A stretch of DNA of 64,000 nt from an uncultured Pelagibacteraceae bacterium (lineage in GTDB: Bacteria > Pseudomonadota > Alphaproteobacteria > Pelagibacterales > Pelagibacteraceae), in the NCBI GenBank assembly GCA_902585665.1, contig CACIEO010000004.1, positions 22,828 through 86,827 of the forward strand, given 5' to 3'. Under the pieces are notes generated by a model. The model was not told where the DNA came from and made no database searches. It worked only from the letters and a program-made list of their open reading frames with translations. Below, one piece after another: positions 60,371 to 64,000 of this stretch. The translations under genes were made by a program, and so were the position numbers. How positions within the stretch are numbered: the stretch's first letter is position 1; every line of letters begins with the position of its first letter.

Positions 60371-61729
60371 ATGTTTGAAAATTTGACAAATAAATTTGAG
60401 GAAATTTTTTCTTCTTTAAAAAAAGCCCCATCACTTGATGAAAAACAAGTGGATGAAGGATTAAGGTCTGTTCGGCTAGCTCTTCTTGAAGCAGATGTAT
60501 CCTTAGATGTTGCAAAGCAGTTTATAGAAAATGTTAAACCAAAGGCATTAGGAAAAGAAATTGTTAGGTCAACTTCACCTGGTCAAATGGTTGTTAAAAT
60601 TGTCTACGATGAATTAGTCAATTTTCTAGGAAGCAAATCTGAAAAAATAAATCTTAATGCAGTTCCACCAGTTTCAATGATGCTAGTGGGTTTACAAGGA
60701 TCAGGTAAAACCACCTCTGCTGCAAAAATCGCAAAGTATATTGAGAAAGTAAATAAAAAAAAAATTATGATGGTGAGCTTAGATGTTTACAGGCCAGCTG
60801 CTCAAGAACAATTAAAATTGCTAGGTGAACAAAATAATATTTTAACATTACCTATAGTCGAAGGACAACAACCTTTGGATATTTGCAGACGTGCTCTTAG
60901 CGCTGCAAATTTAAACGGATCAGAGGTAATAATTTTCGATACAGCAGGTAGAACGCAAATAGATCTGCAAATGATGAGTGAAGTTAAACAAATTGAGCAA
61001 ACAATTAATCCCTCTGAAACTTTACTTGTTGCTGACTCTCTTACTGGGCAAGTAGCAGCAAATGTCGCTAAAGAGTTTAACAGCACTGTCAATTTAACAG
61101 GAATAATTCTTACAAGATCTGATGGTGACGCAAGAGGCGGTGCTGCTTTAAGTATGAAATATGTATCGCAAGTTCCAATTAAATTTTTAGGGGTGGGTGA
61201 AAAAATCGATAACTTAGAAGAATTTCATCCTGACAGAATTGCTAACAGAATCCTTGGTATGGGAGACATAGTTTCCCTAGTTGAAAAGGCCACTCAAGAC
61301 TTAGATGAAGAGAATTTAAAAAAAACTGAGGAGAAATTGAAGAAAGGTCAGTTTTCATTAGATGATTACCTTTCTCAATTGCGACAGATGAAAAAGATGG
61401 GAGGAATTGAGGGTATTATGTCTTTTTTACCTGGTGTGTCAAAAATAAAAAATCAAATGGATCAAGCTGGAGTTGATGAAAAAATTGTAAGTAAAAATGA
61501 GGCTGTAATTTTATCTATGACAAAAAAAGAGAGATCAAATCCAAAAATAATAGATGGATCAAGAAAAAAAAGAATTGCTAATGGCTCAGGTACTGACATT
61601 GCCACTATCAATAAATTGTTAAAACAATTTAAAATGATGTCTGAAATGATGAAGAAGATGTCTAAAGGAAATATGAAAGGTTTGGAGGATAAAGGAATTC
61701 CACCAGAACTTTTTAATCAACTAAAATAA
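60371..61729 (+). CDS. ffh: Signal recognition particle protein Ffh
   Basis: MFENL start, [14 protein letters not shown], Met-rich M domain. Confidence 0.98.
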   Translation: MFENLTNKFEEIFSSLKKAPSLDEKQVDEGLRSVRLALLEADVSLDVAKQFIENVKPKALGKEIVRSTSPGQMVVKIVYDELVNFLGSKSEKINLNAVPPVSMMLVGLQGSGKTTSAAKIAKYIEKVNKKKIMMVSLDVYRPAAQEQLKLLGEQNNILTLPIVEGQQPLDICRRALSAANLNGSEVIIFDTAGRTQIDLQMMSEVKQIEQTINPSETLLVADSLTGQVAANVAKEFNSTVNLTGIILTRSDGDARGGAALSMKYVSQVPIKFLGVGEKIDNLEEFHPDRIANRILGMGDIVSLVEKATQDLDEENLKKTEEKLKKGQFSLDDYLSQLRQMKKMGGIEGIMSFLPGVSKIKNQMDQAGVDEKIVSKNEAVILSMTKKERSNPKIIDGSRKKRIANGSGTDIATINKLLKQFKMMSEMMKKMSKGNMKGLEDKGIPPELFNQLK

Positions 61730-61742
61730 TAAAAGGAGAAAA

Positions 61743-62174
61743 ATGTTAAAGTTAAGATTATCAATGGGTGGAACAAAAAAAAGACCTGTTTATAAAATTG
61801 TGGTTGCAGATAGCAGATTCCCAAGAGATGGAAGATTTATAGAGAAACTTGGTTTTTTCAATCCACTTTTACCAAAGGAGAAAAAGGAAAGAGTTGGTTT
61901 ACAATCTGAGAGAATTAAATATTGGTTAAGTCAAGGTGCTAAACCAACAATGCGTGTAGCAAGAATTCTCGGAGAAAATCAATTAATGGAAATGCCGGCG
62001 AAGGGTAATAATCCTTTAAAAGCAGTTCCAAAAAAAGACAGAAAAAAAGAAGCTAAGGATGATGCTCCTAAAGATGGAGAAAAAAAAGCTGAGGCTCCAA
62101 AGGAAGCTCCTAAACAAGAAGAGAAAAAAGCTGAGGCTCCAAAGGAAGCTCCTAAACAAGAAGAGAAAAAATAA
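61743..62174 (+). CDS. rpsP: 30S ribosomal protein S16 with C-terminal extension
   Basis: LRL, RPVY.IVVADSR.PRDG, WLSQGA. Confidence 0.97.
   Translation: MLKLRLSMGGTKKRPVYKIVVADSRFPRDGRFIEKLGFFNPLLPKEKKERVGLQSERIKYWLSQGAKPTMRVARILGENQLMEMPAKGNNPLKAVPKKDRKKEAKDDAPKDGEKKAEAPKEAPKQEEKKAEAPKEAPKQEEKK
62082..62165 (+). repeat. Perfect 42-bp tandem duplication in the rpsP tail
   Basis: AAAAAAGCTGAGGCTCCAAAGGAAGCTCCTAAACAAGAAGAG x2 ([14 protein letters not shown]). Confidence 0.95.
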
Positions 62175-62176
62175 AA

Positions 62177-62866
62177 ATGTTTATTGCCAAAGTATTTACT
62201 CTTTATCCAGATTATTTTCCTGGACCACTTAACAAAGGTCTTTACGGAAAAGCTATGGAAAAAAAAATTTGGGGTTTAAAAACTGTAGATATTAGAGAAT
62301 ACGCATTGGATAAGCACAAAACAGTTGATGACACACCTTATGGAGGTGGATCAGGAATGCTTCTTAAACCAGATGTTATTGCAAAATCAATAGATGCAAA
62401 TACTAAAAATGGAGAAAAAATTTATTACCTTTCTCCAAGGGGCAAAGTATTTAATCAAAATATTGCAAAAGAAATATCTAAAGAAAATAAAGTAAATATA
62501 ATTTGCGGACATTTTGAAGGTATCGATCAAAGAGTTTTAGATAATAGAAAAATAGAGGAAATAAGCATTGGTGACTTCATTTTATCTGGAGGCGAAACTG
62601 CTTCGTATGTTTTTTTAGACTCCATTTTGAGATTGATACCAGGCGTTATTGGCAACGAAGATTCCAAAAACGAGGAAAGCTTTGAAAATGGCTTACTAGA
62701 GTATCCTCAGTATACAAAGCCACAGATTTGGGAGGAAAAAAGCGTTCCAAATGTACTTTTATCAGGTGATCATGCGAAAATTAAAGACTGGCGTTTAACG
62801 CAATCAAAGGCTATAACACGCGACCGAAGACCAGATTTATGGCAAAAATATAATAAAAAGAATTAA
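62177..62866 (+). CDS. trmD: tRNA (guanine-N1)-methyltransferase
   Basis: [37 protein letters not shown]. Confidence 0.98.
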   Translation: MFIAKVFTLYPDYFPGPLNKGLYGKAMEKKIWGLKTVDIREYALDKHKTVDDTPYGGGSGMLLKPDVIAKSIDANTKNGEKIYYLSPRGKVFNQNIAKEISKENKVNIICGHFEGIDQRVLDNRKIEEISIGDFILSGGETASYVFLDSILRLIPGVIGNEDSKNEESFENGLLEYPQYTKPQIWEEKSVPNVLLSGDHAKIKDWRLTQSKAITRDRRPDLWQKYNKKN

Positions 62867-62882
62867 ATTGATTAATTTAAAC

Positions 62883-63425
62883 ATGAAAAATATTGAAGAA
62901 ATTAACCAAGCAAATGTAAAAAAAATTGCTGCTGAGAAGAAACTCCCAGAGTTTTTTACAGGTGACATAGTCAAGGTTGGAGTAAGAATAACTGAGGGAA
63001 AAAGAGATAGAATTCAGTATTTCGAAGGAGTTTGTATCGCAAAAAAAAATAGAGATATTAATTCTTCGTTTACGGTTAGAAAAATATCTTTTGGCGAAGG
63101 TGTAGAGAGAACTTTTGCATTATATAGCCCAATAGTTGATTCAATTAAAGTTGTTAGATCTGGTAAAGTAAGAAGAGCAAAATTATATTATCTTAGAGAC
63201 AGAACTGGTAAATCAGCAAGAATTGCTGAGAAAATTAGAAAAAAAATAGGTATAGATGTTGATACAAAACCAGAAACTGTAACCGAAGAAAATGTTGTAG
63301 TTTCTAAAGATGAAAAATCAGCAGATAAAGAAACTTCTTCAACTGAGACAACTAAAAAAGATGAAAAAAAAACCGAGTCTCTAAAAGTAGAGAGTAAAAA
63401 AGAAAATCTAGAAGACAAAAAATAA
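62883..63425 (+). CDS. rplS: 50S ribosomal protein L19 with charged C-terminal tail
   Basis: [23 protein letters not shown]; start set at the ATG at 62883. Confidence 0.97.
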   Translation: MKNIEEINQANVKKIAAEKKLPEFFTGDIVKVGVRITEGKRDRIQYFEGVCIAKKNRDINSSFTVRKISFGEGVERTFALYSPIVDSIKVVRSGKVRRAKLYYLRDRTGKSARIAEKIRKKIGIDVDTKPETVTEENVVVSKDEKSADKETSSTETTKKDEKKTESLKVESKKENLEDKK

Positions 63426-63437
63426 TTTTTTTTCTAA

Positions 63438-64000
63438 ATGTCTAAAACTTTATACGATAAAATCTGGGATGATCATCTTGTTCATGCACAAGAAGACGGA
63501 ACATCATTACTCTATGTAGATAGACATTTAGTTCATGAAGTTACGAGCCCTCAAGCATTTGAAGGATTAAGAAACTCAAATAGAAAAGTTAGACAACCAA
63601 ATCTGACACTAGCCGTTGCAGATCACAACGTGCCAACATCTGATAGATCAAAAGGCATCTCAGATGAAGAGTCTAGACTTCAAGTAGAAACTTTAGAAAA
63701 AAACTGTGAAGAGTTTGGAATAAAGCTTTTTGGAATGGATGATAAAAGACAAGGCATAGTTCATATAATTGGACCTGAGCAAGGTTTCACACAGCCAGGG
63801 AGTATAATAGTCTGTGGAGACAGTCACACAGCAACCCATGGAGCTTTTGGATCTTTAGCTTTTGGAATAGGAACTTCCGAAGTAGAGCACGTATTAGCCA
63901 CGCAAACCTTAGTTCAAAAAAAATCAAAGAACTTTCGAATTAAAGTCGATGGAAAGTTATCCATAGGTGTAACATCTAAAGATGTTATTTTACAAATTAT
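63438..64000 (+). CDS. leuC: 3-isopropylmalate dehydratase large subunit (3'-truncated by window edge)
   Basis: [41 protein letters not shown]. Confidence 0.97.
   Translation, partial: MSKTLYDKIWDDHLVHAQEDGTSLLYVDRHLVHEVTSPQAFEGLRNSNRKVRQPNLTLAVADHNVPTSDRSKGISDEESRLQVETLEKNCEEFGIKLFGMDDKRQGIVHIIGPEQGFTQPGSIIVCGDSHTATHGAFGSLAFGIGTSEVEHVLATQTLVQKKSKNFRIKVDGKLSIGVTSKDVILQI

Noticed and set aside
1887-63418. Numerous short antisense or out-of-frame ORFs in the track (e.g. 1887-2423, 17728-18171, 29102-29491, 35464-35814, 63188-63418)
   Set aside because: They lie within well-supported genes and show no recognisable motifs; shadow ORFs.
1-64000. CRISPR arrays, IS elements, prophage, rRNA; A/T homopolymers as phase-variation tracts
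   Set aside because: No spaced repeats, transposase, integrase, structural phage genes or rRNA seen; A/T runs are expected at this base composition and remain in frame except at 57753.

Overview
AT-rich, gene-dense alphaproteobacterial chromosome segment. Gene order, overlapping genes and very short intergenic spacers point to SAR11 / Candidatus Pelagibacter (inference from composition and protein similarity). Most of the window is core: maf-aroE-coaE-dnaQ, secB/fxsA/Tim44/Smr, hslVU, his operon, ftsK-lolA, tRNA-Gly, purH, rpe, actP-like/acs, tsaD, hemCD, folD, argG, ccmCDEFGH, ftsY, dapF and ffh-rpsP-trmD-rplS-leuC. I saw no CRISPR array, integrase or IS. The notable items are: (1) a malyl-CoA lyase + malate thiokinase (mcl-mtkAB) cassette between hisE and the HIT gene; (2) a T5orf172/GIY-YIG nuclease with a RAMA-like C-terminus inside the his operon; (3) a miniature malonyl-CoA-decarboxylase-like GNAT-fold protein; (4) an unexplained ~150-nt structured intergenic element between hspQ and ccmC with CU-rich loop motifs; (5) a 2-hydroxy/2-oxo-acid oxidation + TRAP + amidase cluster with an uncalled 58-aa membrane protein; (6) a homopolymer frameshift in an alpha/beta hydrolase; (7) many apparently leaderless promoters, including RpoH-like ones. 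All family assignments come from motif recognition, not database searches.
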